Part shown: in pieces, positions 26,286 through 39,159 of the stretch
Layout: each line of letters starts with the position of its first letter
Position numbering within the stretch: the stretch's first letter is position 1
Program-made: the position numbers and the translations under genes
Assembly: GCA_964016885.1 (NCBI GenBank)
Contig: CAXHJY010001169.1
Span: 62,001 to 126,000, forward strand
Direction: 5' to 3'
DNA from: Eledone cirrhosa
Lineage: Eukaryota
DNA length: 64,000 nucleotides
Notes under the pieces: generated by a model
The model's input: only the letters and a program-made list of their open reading frames with translations
Database searches by the model: none
What the model was told of the DNA's origin: nothing

Positions 26286-27266
26286 TTCGAAGGAAATATT
26301 TCCACGTAAAATATAAATGAGTTGATAAAAATAAATTATTACAGAATAAAGAATTCTGATTTTATTTGTTAAAATAATTATTTTTTCAGAAAATTGACTT
26401 CAAGGTCAAAAGTGAATGACTTGAAAGTTTTGAGTGACAAATCTGTCAAAATGTGAAATAATAAATATTGAGAGGTGACAACAGTAGTCAGTGGTAATTA
26501 ATGTCACCTTGTGTACTTGATGTCGCTGTTTCAACAAATAACAATGACATTTTAACAAAAGGGGAGGAAAAGGCTAAGTCAGTTGGTTAACAACAGATTA
26601 TTATTTTTTAATCATTTAGTGTTGGCATGTGATGCAGGGAGCAGCTAAAAGTTATGATTAATTATAAGCTGAACTAAGATAAAACAATTTTAATAAATGA
26701 CTAACATTATTTTAATTCTTTCGGCAAGTACGGAAAACAAATTCAGGTATGTTTCGGTTTTCTTGGTGAATCCTATTTTTTGGAAGTTCAGTTTATTGTA
26801 GCGATGGCTTGTATGTATTTATATCACATGTATGTTCCTACAGTTATTTTTTAGAGAAGGAAGGAAGGAAGGACAGCGCCTATGACTTTTTCCGGGCCTC
26901 CGAGATGTGTAGGAAGAAAAGTCACTCAAACTGGAGACCTGTTTCAATTACAACTGAATAGACACCGGTAAAGTCACCCAAGAGTCAGGTGGTAGTGTTA
27001 AACGATGTAGGGTAAACTAGTCGACCAGCCAGTAGGCCACGGCGAGGTTTAAATTCAGAACGCGAAGATTCAGAAGAAATACACAGAGTATCTTATTCGA
27101 TGTTCTAAAAATTTCGCCAATCCGCCGCACTGAATTGGTATTTTATTTCATTGACCACGAACAGATGAAAGTTGACCTCGGCAAGACTAGAACTCTGAGC
27201 GTAGAGAGCCGAAATTCCGCCATAAAAAATCTGCGCTCACTATGATTGAACAAAGTTAGTATATAG

Positions 27267-27577
27267 CAGGTTTCGCAAACTCAATGACTGAAAAGGGCCA
27301 TTAGATACTAGAGAAGAGACACGGCGGGCAAAAAATGAGAAGAGATGAGAGGGGGCATGATTTCCATTGTTATAATGCTAATCTTCAATACAGCTGATAG
27401 GCTGCTATTTTCTTTTCATCAAAAGGAATACGTATATAATAGTAAGTGGGATATATGAATTAGTACAAAATGTAGGGAGCAAATTTTCCGTTTGAAATTT
27501 CCCTTAATTAGTCACGAAAATTGTTCTACCGTAGATCATAGAAAAGTAGTTTGCGGGCAACGTATTTGAGACCCCTG
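27267..27577. mobile_element. possible old hAT MITE
   Basis: Imperfect TIRs CAGGTTTCGCAAA / TTTGAGACCCCTG; TSD unclear. Confidence 0.4.
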
Positions 27578-28620
27578 GATTTTATCATGTTATATACGCC
27601 CCATTCCGAAGTCCCACACTCCTCCAGTCGTGCGTACGTCTCACCTTCAGAAACACTGTTCTAGATTGATTACGTTATTACATAAATAAATTGTGTTAAT
27701 GAATCCTAAACATAGTTTTATTTTAGGCGATATAACAAATGGCTTACATAAAGAGCTAGTCATGCTGTCGTGTCTGAGAGTATTGTTTTAAACTTACAGG
27801 GCCCAATCAATTAGAAAACTGATACATGATTAAGAAAACATTAAAAAAACTTTCTGGCGCTACCATTAAGTTGTAGCAAGAGTTGCCTCCCTTGTTATGA
27901 CGATCACATCAGCAGCAGCGCTGGTACAAATAAAGAAGTCTGACTGCATCGTCCGAAGAAACCAGACGTCAATAGCTTCGCTCTGGCGATTAACCACGTG
28001 ATGGGATCCCCACCATGGGACCTTCACGTGCTAATCACTGCAGTCTATTCTTCGGAACATTAAACATCCAGGTATAACCAAAGCATTTATTCTTATTATT
28101 ATTGTTATTTCATCTAATAACCGTGTTAATCCATTTGACAATTTCCTCTAATACTTAATTGTTATAAAGTCAAGTAGGCAACTGTCTATGGTGCAGACCT
28201 TTAAGAAGTGCTTTACTGAATCTTAAAGGATCACATATATACAGGGCTGGCACAACAATTGAGGCAAACCAAGGAAGCTTTCAAGGGCGCAGACTTCAGG
28301 GAGGCGTGTTACTGAATCTTAAAGGTTCACATATTTGAAGCAAAGTAAATTTATAGAAAAAGTAAACATGACAAATACCAAAATACTAGTTTAATGAATA
28401 TCTTTACTTCACTTCACAAAAGATACAATTGATAACGTTCAATAAGTTAAAATTGTTCGGTTTGTCTCTGTGTAAGTGGAACGATCACTTCTATATGGTT
28501 GTGATAAATCCATTTAAAAAGTGCAAGGCTTACTCAAAACAGTGTGTGTGTGTGACGGCGAAATCTAGCATTAGCCGAATCTTTTGCACGATGAGAGAAC
28601 AGGCGAAATGTTACAGATTG

Positions 28621-29004
28621 CAGACCTGTCAACTCTCCCCGTCCGACGGGGAGATGTCCCACCCACTTTGGGGAGGGTGAGAGATGTCTTCTCTTGTGAA
28701 AATGGGTATAGCTTTCATTATGTAAATGGATTGGCAGTATCGGTAGAGGGTCGGACGCCATGCTTTCCAGCATAGTTACGTCCCTTTACGATCTGAGTTC
28801 AAATCCCGCCGAGGTTGACTTTGCCTTTCATCCTTACGGGGTCGATAAAATAAAGTACCAGTAATGCACTGGGTAATTGCTGGCCTTGTGCCTAAAGTAA
28901 AAACAATTATGTAAAACCTCCTCATTTTGCCTCATTTCTCCCTGTTTTGCGGCACTTCTTTTCATGGTACTCCCCGTGTGGGCTTTTAGAGGTTGGCAAG
29001 TCTG
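28621..29004. mobile_element. MITE (paralogue of 3742-3938) interrupted by a SINE
   Basis: TIRs CAGACCTGTCAAC / GTTGGCAAGTCTG; flanks AGATTG/AGATTA. Confidence 0.8.
28727..28905 (+). mobile_element. SINE family A nested in the MITE
   Basis: TSD ATTATGTAAA; absent from the paralogue at ~3837-3846. Confidence 0.95.
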
Positions 29005-30412
29005 AGATTAGTCAAGCCAAAATCTCAGCTATTCTCGATAACGATTGTTCATTACTTAGAACTGTCTAATTTGGCGTTGTAACAGTTGTCTCTGAGGTCT
29101 GGTCATAGCCTTCGGAAAAACTAACTGTGGGAAAATTTTCTTCGCTACATATATACAGGGCTGGCGTTACCATTACATCAAGTAGGCAATTAACTTCGAT
29201 ATATAATAATTTATTGCAATCAATAAATAAATCACTAAACATACTTTCCGCGTAGCAGTGTTGTGAAAATATCCAAAGCAGTGGAGCGGGTTGTATCGTA
29301 TAATATCGTGACCTGTAAGAGCAGGGGCGGTGGAAGCATCTCCGAATTGTTGGTGGGGGTGGGGGGAAATCTGGTCAATTTAGTTTAGCTCTTTGCACTT
29401 TAAAATGGTAAGAAAACTTCGATATGCGATAAACATAACATGTACATAAATTGTAGGGCATATACAAATAGATAGATGTTTTGGTAGTTTGGGGAGAAAA
29501 TATAATTATCATTTTTCATTGCTTAGTGAGGGCCTCCCAATGCTGGAGAGAGGGAAGAAGTATCTTTAAACAGGAGACCTGGCCCGAATGTTTGCCATAG
29601 CATTGACTCAACTTAAAGCACCCAAGAACTAGGCGAGCAACAGCTTAAGTTTACCACCCACGTAAGCCACAGAATTATTGAATTCAAATTACAAAAAACT
29701 GGAACATATATACCCAACGCTCTCACGATTCCGTTAATCTACCACCTTTGCAGAACAATTATTTTTATTGACACCGGAAAGTTGACTTCTGAGTCATATA
29801 GACTCAGAAACGCAAGACTCCAGAGTAAATACCGCATGAAATTTCTTCCGACGTTCTAACAATCTAGTGAAATTCACTGCCTTATTTCTACAATATCTAC
29901 TTGTTCTGTATTTAAAACAAGCTAGAATGACGCAATACTTTATATCGGTGTTACACTGACATCACTTATCCACTCCTTATTGGCAAACTCCTGTCAATTA
30001 TGCGGAAGGATTAACACTCACTTAAAAAGTTACATTCCGTACACAACATTGTTGTTGTTTAACCCTTGGTCATTCCTGATGAAGCAGACCTATGATCAAA
30101 GGTATTCCAGTCTTGACGAACACGTCTCTTATTCAAACTCAGTATATATTGGACATTATCCGATGTTTTGTTTTTAAAAAACACTGAACTGTGCGTTTTA
30201 TTGGAAATTTGACTGTCGTTTCTAGCAAGTCGAGTGACCGCGTCAATGGTTCCTGGTAAATAGGTGCGATGTGTCGTGTATAAGTGATTGTCACTAAAAA
30301 TAGATAAGTACAGACTCATGAATACATACATACACATACGTACAATCACATACACTCAGAAATATACATATACTAATACGAACGCCCACGAGCATACACT
30401 TTTACGCCTTTC

Positions 30413-30690
30413 GGTGGATTGACAGTATCGGTAGAGGGTCTGATGCCATGCTTTGCAGCATAGTTACGTCCCTTTACGATCTGAGTTCAAATCCCGCCGA
30501 GGTTGACTTTGCCTTTCATCCTTACGGGGTCGATAAAATAAAGTACCAGTAATGCACTGGGTAATTGCTGGCCTTGTGCCAAAAAGTAGAAACAATTATT
30601 ACGCCTTTCATCTTCACGGCGTTGATAAAATAAAGACCCAGTAATGCACTGGGATAATTGCTGGCCTTGTGCCAAAAGTAGAAACAATTA
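30413..30690 (+). mobile_element. SINE family A plus a tandem 3' half
   Basis: Homology to family A. Confidence 0.85.
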
Positions 30691-31094
30691 TTACAAATTA
30701 CGCGTTAGGGCTCGTAAATGTCTTATACTGATAAATGTGAAATGGGCGAAAATTGTCTGATATAGGCAAACGGGTAGTACCAATGCTCTGATTGTCATGA
30801 CAATTTACACATTAATGTAAAAGGTGCCGAGGAAGCGACAGGTCTACTCGGGGTTTCTAAATTGAAAAATGTGGTCTCTAGGGCCCAAAAACGGTCTTTT
30901 TCTATCGATTTTACCTCTCGATAGTTTCTTAGCTTTACTCTCTCCGTCGCTCTTCCCTCTCTCTATAATAGATCATTCCCCCTCTCTATAATTTAACTGC
31001 TTTACTCTCTCTGTCGCTCTTCACTCCCTATATGACAACACTGCAGAGAGAGATAGGCCGTTAGACAGAGAGAGATACAATTAAAGTGTTAGAT

Positions 31095-31134
<40 letters not shown>

Positions 31135-31272
31135 ACCATCAAACTTTAGTTAACTTTCACTTTCATCCATACGGGGTCGATAAAATAAAGTACCAGTAAT
31201 GTACTGGATGATTGCTGGCCTTGCGCCAAAAGTAGAAACAGTTATATATTTTTGATCTGTCGTCGCTCGCAT

Positions 31273-31351
<79 letters not shown>

Positions 31352-33972
31352 TACTTATATAAAGCTGAGCGTCGTGTGTATGTGTATGTATGTATGTAGC
31401 CTACACTCCTCCCTATACTATTTAACCTAAAATACTTTTATATCCATCTCTTAGTGAAGCATTTTCAATTCATTATACGTAAACAATGACATTAATTTTT
31501 CGCTTGGGAACAACGGCACCAAACACTACCCCAGAGCCTTCACCAGGGAAACTTTCACTGGGGTTGACGGCTACCCCATCTACCGGCGGCGTGCTCTCGA
31601 TTTTGGCGGCCTTTCGCTAGGATTAAGAAGAAAGGGAAAGCATACGACATTGACAACAGCTGGGTGGTGCCTTACAGCCCTTTGCTTGCTAAAATTGTTA
31701 ATGCTCACATCAATGTGGAGTCCTGCACATCTGTTAAAAGCATTACATACATATGCAAATACATCAACAAAGGCGGCGACATGGAGGTGGTTGACCTCAG
31801 TGATGGCGTAGAATCAAAAGACGAAATTACCAAGTTCATGATGGGAAGATACATTTCGTCCAATATGGCGGCTTGGCGCATTTTGGGGCTTGAAATTCAC
31901 TGGTGCTCTCCAGCAGTTGTTAACTTGGATGTTCAATTAGAGAATGGTCAACGCGTTTATTTCACTGAGGAAACCGCATCGGCTGCTGCCGAACAGCCAC
32001 CTGAGACGACGCTTACAGCATTTTTTAAGCTATGTTCTGTCGATACGTTTGTATTTACCCTTTTTTACGTCGATGTACCTATCTACTTCACTTGGTCGCA
32101 TGCGTGAAGCGCCAGCTACTCGAGGATGATGCCCACCTGAACGTAGCGTTGACAGAGGCTGCTGAATGTAAGATGCCTCGAGAGATGAGACGTCTGTTTT
32201 GCATAATGCTATTGTTCTGCGGCATAGGTGAGCCCCTTAAGCTTTGGGAAACGCATAAGGACAACATGTTAGAGGACATCCTCCGTAGACTACCAGCAGA
32301 AGATCCAGCGGCTGGCTTTGCTTTCAACGACGCGGTGTACAATGAGACCCTCATTGACATGGACAGCAATCTTAAAGCTCTTGGAGTTGGCGGTGTATCT
32401 GATTTCGTTTGCCACAGCCTCGAAACACTCAGTGCTTTAGATGTGGAGTTCATGCATGAGTTAAATTACAACATCGACGATATGACACATCAGGTAGCTC
32501 AGGACGAACCCAGACTTTTGCATGACCAGAGACGGGCATATGACAGAATTCTCTCCAGTGTCAATTCAAATGAGGGACGGCTATTTTTCCTGGATGCTCC
32601 TGGCGGAACAGGAAACACTTTTCTCATCAACCTTTTGCTTGCGAAGCTACGAAAAGACAAGCGGGTTGCTTTAGCGGTCGCCTCCAGTGGTGTTGCAGCG
32701 ACACTGCTACATGGCGGTCGTACGGCACACTCCGCATTCAAATTGCTTTGGACATTGCAAAGAAGGAGAATCCTACATCTAGAATAGATCGTGGCGACCC
32801 TAAAGCACACCTTCTTTCTGAGTGCTGCCTGATCATATGGGACGAGGCTACCATGAGTCACAAGGCGGCCTTTGAGGCTCTGGATCGAACTCTTAAGGAC
32901 TTGCGTCGGAACTCACGCGTCATGGGTGGAGCGACAGTACTGCTGGCTGGCGATTTCCGCCAGACTCTTCCTGTTATCACTAGAGGCACTAGAGCTGACG
33001 AAGTGAACGCATGCATCAAGTTGTCCTACGTATGGCAGTATGTCCACAAACTACATCTGACTACCAACATGAGAGCGCATGTCCATGGTGACGCAGACGC
33101 CATCGATTTCTCAAAACATCTACTGGAAGTTGGTAATGGAACTACACCTGGAGTGGATGAAGAGCATATCCATTTGCCTTTTGGGAACTTTGTGTTAAAC
33201 ATTGACGAATTAATGTCATCTGTATTTCCAGACCTTGAATCACGCTGAAAGGGAGAGCTATTTTGGCACCACAGAATGTCACTGTTGATGTGATGAACCA
33301 AAAACTACTCGATCAGATTCCCGGAAATGAAGTCTCCTTCAAGTCAATTGACACCAATAAAAACGCGGACGCCGCCGTCATTTACTCAATTGAATTCCTC
33401 AACAGTCAACTACCCCCAGGACTTCCTCCTCATGATCTGAAACTGAAGGTTGGTGTGCCAGTTATGCTGCTGAGAAACATGGATGCACCAGAACTATGCA
33501 ACGGAACGCGTTTAATCATAACAAATTAAGGACACAAATTCTGGACACAACCATTTTAAGCGGACCCGCTGCTGGCGCGACAAGGTTAATTACCCCTATG
33601 AGCCTTAGTCACTCTGACGTCCCCTATGAATTTACGTGACGGCAGTTTCCCATAAAACTCTGCTTTGCAATGCGCATTAACAAAGCACAAGGACAATCGC
33701 TGCAAGTGGTTGGCCTAAATCTAACACAGCAGGTATTTTCCCATGGTCAACTATACGTCGGATGCTCCCGCGTCGGCAGTCCACACAATCTCTTCATTTG
33801 TGGTAACCCGGGCAACACCAGGAACGTCTACAAAGAAGCCCTGCAATAACATGTTTGAACCTTACTCTACCCAACGTCTCTCTGTGAAACCACTCTCTTC
33901 ACGTCGCCCCTCAACTTATTAACTTAATAAAAAGTGGCCCCGAGTAGCCCCGAATGCAACCGGCTCAGCTGC

Positions 33973-33975
<3 letters not shown>
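31352..33975 (+). mobile_element. internally deleted, degenerate autonomous-type Helitron (RepHel C-terminal part)
   Basis: WVVPYSP...HINVE.C.SVKSI.YI.KYI.KG; PIF1 helicase motifs DAPGGTGNT, IIWDEATM, AGDFRQTLPV, LLRN...LCNGTR, FAM.INKAQGQSL, FSHGQLYV; 3' hairpin plus CTAG|T at 33972-33976. Confidence 0.95.
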
Positions 33976-34009
<34 letters not shown>

Positions 34010-34235
34010 CTCTTCGCTATCGCTTCTTTCCCTCATGGTTTTTTTTTATAGATAAAAGGCTAAGGGCGCGCTACGGATAGATGTATTGTCTACAATGTGC
34101 TAAAACTGACGAAGGGAAACTGTCCATCTCTTGTTTGTGTCGCCTTACCTTCTAACACTCCTTATCAGTAACCACACAGCCTCGTCTCCCTCAATCTATA
34201 TTTTTGTGTATATATACATATACACACACAAAAAT

Positions 34236-34345
34236 GTTTACGGCCATATCACGCTGAAAACACCGGTTCTCGTCCGATCACCGAAGTTAAGCAACGTCGA
34301 GCCTAGTTAGTACTTAGATGAGAAACCTAGGTCTTGTAAGCATTT
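34236..34345 (+). pseudogene. 5S rRNA pseudogene with a ~12-nt internal deletion in the box C region
   Basis: GTTTACGGCCATATCACGCTGAAAACACCGGTTCTCGTCCGATCACCGAAGTTAAGCAACGTCGAGCCTAGTTAGTACTTAGATG matches animal 5S; the GGTGACCGC segment is missing. Confidence 0.9.
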
Positions 34346-34852
34346 ACACGATTCCGTGTACCCAGTGCCGTGACATCATCAGACTGCTTCTTACATAATA
34401 AGGTTCGCTCCCGAGGCAATCTAAATTGAATCGACAAAGGAACGGACAAAGCGGGTGTTCTTGAATCCTTCGCCCGTTCCCTTGTGAGTCCCAATTCACC
34501 CCCACCGGTTTGCGCAGGTGCAAGTCCGAAGGAGGTTGACTATCCACTACTCCAAAACTCTACGAAACTTGCCTAGGCAGGTAAGCTCCCACACCCCATA
34601 TCACCCCCATCCAGGTCTTTAATATGACACGGTTATAGTTTACTGCTAGTCGCCCTGCCAGTGGCAGTTGACTGAGACCTAGTGTTGGTGGCAGAGTATG
34701 AGTTTCAATAAGCCTCGATACTACCCCTAAATCGATTCAATTTGGATTGCCTCGGGAACGTAACCATATTATGTAAGAAGATGTCTGATGATGTCACGGC
34801 ACTGGGTCCACGGAATCGTGTGGTCACTGTCGTCATTGAAATATGTATCACA
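34345..34852. mobile_element. PLE-like fragment with inverted arms (~34345-34436 / 34732-34821)
   Basis: Imperfect inverted repeat that includes the 5' part of the HHR. Confidence 0.65.
34782..34852 (+). ncRNA. type I hammerhead motif, long stem II; predicted cleavage after 34849 (AUC)
   Basis: UGU-CUGAUGA-[UGUCACGGCA...UGUCGUCAUU]-GAAA-UAUGUA-UC|ACA. Confidence 0.7.
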
Positions 34853-35679
34853 GCATTATCATTAGAGGATTTTAACATCTGAAACTACTTCACATTTTCT
34901 TATTATAAATATAGTCCGTCACATAAATATAGACCTTGAGCCAACCATCTATGAAACCCACGTATCAATAAAACCCACATAATCAAAACATTTTTATACA
35001 CTCTGCTTTAGCATTGAATGCTAATATTGGTACCATCTCCAGTGATCCCCAACGTTACTAAAACTATTGAATAAACTATATATATATATATGAAAAATAT
35101 GGGTGAGAAGAATACTGCTGGTTGCACATGGATAACATGTTATAAAAGAGTCCCTCATCAGTGATTTACCAAACGATCATGGGTATTTCATCGCATTAAA
35201 AATCATATACCTCACGTTGGAGCGATAATAACTAAAATAAGTTATTAGGACAATAGAAACGCGTAAAGCGAGTGAGACAAGTAAACAACACAGGGGGAAG
35301 CTAACCGAAGATGGAAATAAACACAAGCAACATAGTTATTCTTTCAGCATAAGCTGTGTGAATATATGCGCGAGTTAGAAACAGACCTTTCGCTAGTGAA
35401 TCCGGTGTTAGAAAGAAGGAAAACCGTTTTCACAGCGAACGGGAGGAAGAAAGAAGGGGAGAAACAGGGACTGAGTGAGTGGGAGTGCGAGGAAGAGGTC
35501 AGTAGAGAGAAAGTGTTAACTGACATGGCAGAGGGGACGAAAGAAAGTAAGAGAAACAGAGAGAACGAGGGAGCAGTAAGAGAGAAAGAGAGAAACCCTA
35601 CGTTTGTAGGGTTATTTTAAATCCCCAGTTACGGAAGAAGCTGATTAATTGTTTACGGACCCGATCTGTACTACTGGGG

Positions 35680-37297
35680 TTGTACCCTTTAAGGGTAAGG
35701 AGCCCATCATCACGGTACAATCCACCGCCGAATGCAGGAAACGTATCGGTGAGTTTGGCTATTAAGAATAATCCTTCAAGACCCAGCTATACCAACACAG
35801 ACATACCTTCCGAAACCCGGCCCGGCGTCACGCCACTACACTTTCGGGCCACATATGGGACCTCAAGGATAACAACATTACCTATGATCTCACTTGGAGA
35901 TTACTGTCCAGAGCCAACTCTTACACGGGAGGACGCCGTCCGTGCAATTTATGCTCGGAGGAAACTTTACAAATGCTGTTTTTGACGGGCCAACTCCTAA
36001 ACAAGAAAGATGAACTGGTTACTGCATGTAAACACAGATTGCGTAAAACTTACCTCGCCCTCAAACCCCATAATGACCGGGGGGGGGGGGGGGGGGGTTA
36101 GACTAGGGCTATAACACCCCACTTGCCGATTTTGTAATGGGTAACCCCTGCTTGCTAAGGTAGACGTAAGATCTTCTTTTATATCTTTTTATCGCTTCCT
36201 CTATATTTCCTTCTTCCCCCATCCCTCCCTAGTCCTTCCACCCCAGTTCTCTTTCTTTGTCATCGTCTTTTTCTCGGTCCTTTGTAGCCTCAGTACCCCC
36301 ACCCCCTTCCCCTATTCTATGATAGATTTGGCCGACTCCGCTTTTTATAGCAGATGCGTTAGACCCCGGATACTTGCCCTCCTATCCGACCGCTGCCCTT
36401 TTTCGTGCTTTCTATATTTCTTAGTGGTATCTTTGCTTTAATTTCTCGTTTATCAGTATTTTTTTTTTGGAGGGGGGGGGGGGGGATTCTGAATTAATCT
36501 TCCGTATCAAATTTTACATTTACTTCGTACGAGCTTTTATGTAGCTTGCACTAGAACTTTTGTATCGTGGCGGCACTCTTAGAGATAGTATTAGTATTCT
36601 TTTTCGGGACTCTGAATTATTATTTCGTATTAGTTTACTTTTTTGCACTGGGTGGTTGCTGGCCTTGTGCCTGGGGTAGAAACCTTTATTTATTATTTCG
36701 TGGTAGTTTCTTTAGCATTTTGGCCCCTCACTTGTTGACCCGTCACCGTAAGATATACTCGGTTTATTACTTATACCTCTTAAAAGGGTCTCATTATAAT
36801 TCCGTCCCACCTAGTATATTTTTTTAGCCCAGCAGTACCAGTGAGAGACTTAGGTCGTAGTAACCAGAAATTGTTTATTTTTTTTTTTTTTACATTTAAT
36901 TGCTTTTTAACACTCTCAGTACTTTTCTATATATTTACCCCTTATTGTTCTACTTATTGTTTCGACTTCCTCCCCCTCCCCCTCCCTAGTATCTTCTTTG
37001 ACCTCATGCCCAGCTGTAGTCGGCACTACCAACGTATGAATGGGTCTCCTCCACCCCCTCTCCCTCTTTCTCCTACTGGCAGGTTTAGCTACCCCTTCCC
37101 TCCACAAATTGCCATCATAGAATTATTATGTCTCAACAACAAACTTTTGACCAATCCTTGTGACAATCACTTTGACCATATATGGAATTACCCCTTGAGA
37201 AGCTCGGCTATTCAAATACCAGGATATAAATTTTCATTTAGTCCAGAATTAGCCGTCGAAACGGCTTGAGCTCAGCCGTCGGGGTCCTACTCGTTCC
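35680..37297 (+). mobile_element. PLE 3' part: degenerate GIY-YIG endonuclease plus pLTR ending in (TA)n
   Basis: HRHTFRNP...TTLSGHIWDLK...W...A.SY...CNLCSEE...LLNKKDELVTACKH (35790-36075); HHR near the 3' end. Confidence 0.85.
37190..37285 (+). ncRNA. type I hammerhead with U3-A8 core; predicted cleavage after 37280 (GUC)
   Basis: ACCCC-UUGAGAA-G..CGGCUA...UAGCCGUC-GAAA-CGGC UUGAGCUCA GCCG-UC|GGGGU. Confidence 0.7.
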
Positions 37298-37347
37298 TAT
37301 ATATATATATATAACGATATATTATCACTACATTATTGATAACCTGA

Positions 37348-37392
<45 letters not shown>

Positions 37393-37583
37393 TATTTAGG
37401 TTTATTGGTTTACCACTGGATAGAACTGGTCATTCCATATGGTCAACCTCGATGTAATATTAGGGAAAGTACTCAACGTAATGCAAATCACCCGTCTTCG
37501 TTTGTGTAGTTGGTGCGAGTACGGAGTTAATTATTATAAGATAACAGGAGGCTGGACTGGTGTAATTCCTTAAAAGGTTTATT

Positions 37584-37641
37584 ATACTATGATCATTTCA
37601 ATGACCGGGTTCTGTATGAATCCGGTGACATCATCAGGTAT
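37584..37641 (-). ncRNA. type I hammerhead motif (same family as 34782), AUA triplet
   Basis: AUAC-CUGAUGA-[UGUCACCGG...CCGGUCAUU]-GAAA-UGAUCA-UA|GUAU. Confidence 0.75.
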
Positions 37642-38009
37642 TTGAAATATAACAAAGGAATTTAATAGACAAAATCCACGGGGCTGATGAGGGCGACCGA
37701 ACATTCAGCATCTTCTACCCTGGTAGAGAGAGAGAGAGAGAGAGAGAGAGTTAGTTCCACAACAAATTAGCAAACCACACTCGAGGACGTGCGTTTCACG
37801 CCATCAGATTAAATTGAGTTCTATCAACGGTACGGACCCTACCACCAAGGGTAGACCACACTGAAAAAAAAAGAAAGAAGGAAGTGTGGTGTGTGGCAAG
37901 GAACCAGGTGGACCATAACGCACCAGAGTACTCAATACTTAGTGGGTAATAGGAACATTTTCAAGATCCCGACGGCAGCGCTCAAGCCGTTTCGACGGCT
38001 ATTTCTGGA

Positions 38010-38262
38010 TCTTTTTAAAGTGAGGAAAGATTGTGCACTGAGCCAATCCCACTCTCTGAGCGACAGTAGCTATAACCCGAAAAGAAGAAAAGATCAACAT
38101 TATCGGTAATTACTGAGCCGCAGGTTTTATATCGGAGTTATCCCAGTTTCCTGCGTTGCCTTCTCCTAGAAGAATGCCATAACAAAGGTTAGGGGTCCTT
38201 CACTCCAAGTGGTTTAACCGCGCGATCGGGTGTCCAGCCCGACTATTTCTATGTCCCCGCGC
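38010..38262 (-). mobile_element. isolated copy of the RTE 5' UTR segment
   Basis: Near-identical to 53645-53893. Confidence 0.8.
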
Positions 38263-38339
38263 ATATACATACACATGCACCCATGGATATACACATATAC
38301 ATATACATATCTACATGTGTATATACATATTTACACACT

Positions 38340-38530
38340 GCTGGATGGTCGTTTACTCTTATGAGTTCTTCCGCCCTTTGTCAGGTTTTGTTTTTTGTCC
38401 TGCAGGGTGTCCAAAATCACCCTCCTCCCCAAGAAAACTTGGTGGGGTTGCCGGTTTAGTCACCGATGACCCGACCATGCGACAGGTTGTACTGTGTTAC
38501 ATGTTACCAGTAGCACTCATGAGTGACCCG
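38340..38530 (-). mobile_element. 5' part of a bipartite non-autonomous RTE derivative
   Basis: Homologous to 54665-54855. Confidence 0.75.
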
Positions 38531-38628
38531 ACACACACACACACACACATATATATATACACGTATATAAAGGCACTGCACAAAGCCAGTCCCACTCTCT
38601 TAACCAAGATGATATTTACCAAAAAGAA

Positions 38629-38845
38629 GGCGTGTGGCTGAGTGGTTAGAGAATTGGATTCGCAATCGTAAGGTTGTGAGTTCGATTCCTGGACCAGGCG
38701 ATGCGTTATGTCCTTGAGCAAGACACTTTATTTCACGTTGCTCCTTCTACCTGGAGTTGCGACCGATAGATAGTATTAGCAATTGGAAAGACCAACGGAA
38801 ACATTGTTCCCTCGGTCCGATTTGACGAAAGTCGATCGTTCCTTT
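38629..38845 (+). mobile_element. tRNA-derived SINE family B'
   Basis: A-box GGCTGAGTGG, B-box GAGTTCGATTCC, TTGAGCAAGACACT core; second copy at 42537-42750. Confidence 0.85.
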
Positions 38846-38877
38846 ACACGTATATATATATATATATTATATATATA

Positions 38878-39107
38878 TAGGAGAAAGTATGACCCCGACG
38901 GCAGAACTCAAGCCGTTTCGACGGCTATTTCTGGACTAAAGTAAGAGTTTTTAAAACATCTCTTACTTTAGTCCAGAAATAGCCGTCGAAACGGCTTCAG
39001 CTCCGCCGTCGGGGTCATACTTTCTCCTATTACCCACTCTACTACCTTAAGTATTGAGTACTCTGGTGCGTTATAGTCCATCTGGTTCCTTACCACAACT
39101 CCTCCGT

Positions 39108-39110
<3 letters not shown>
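38878..39110. mobile_element. fold-back PLE pLTR stub in (TA)n
   Basis: ~72-bp inverted arms of the 37240-37297 sequence; the right arm has an extra tail. Confidence 0.8.

Positions 39111-39155
<45 letters not shown>

Positions 39156-39159
<4 letters not shown>

Noticed and set aside
34100-34130. CUGACGA-AGG-GAAA-CUGUC minimal HHR-like string
   Set aside because: Stem I cannot pair
37680-37712. CUGAUGA-GG…CC-GAAC
   Set aside because: GAAC instead of GAAA and no stem I/III
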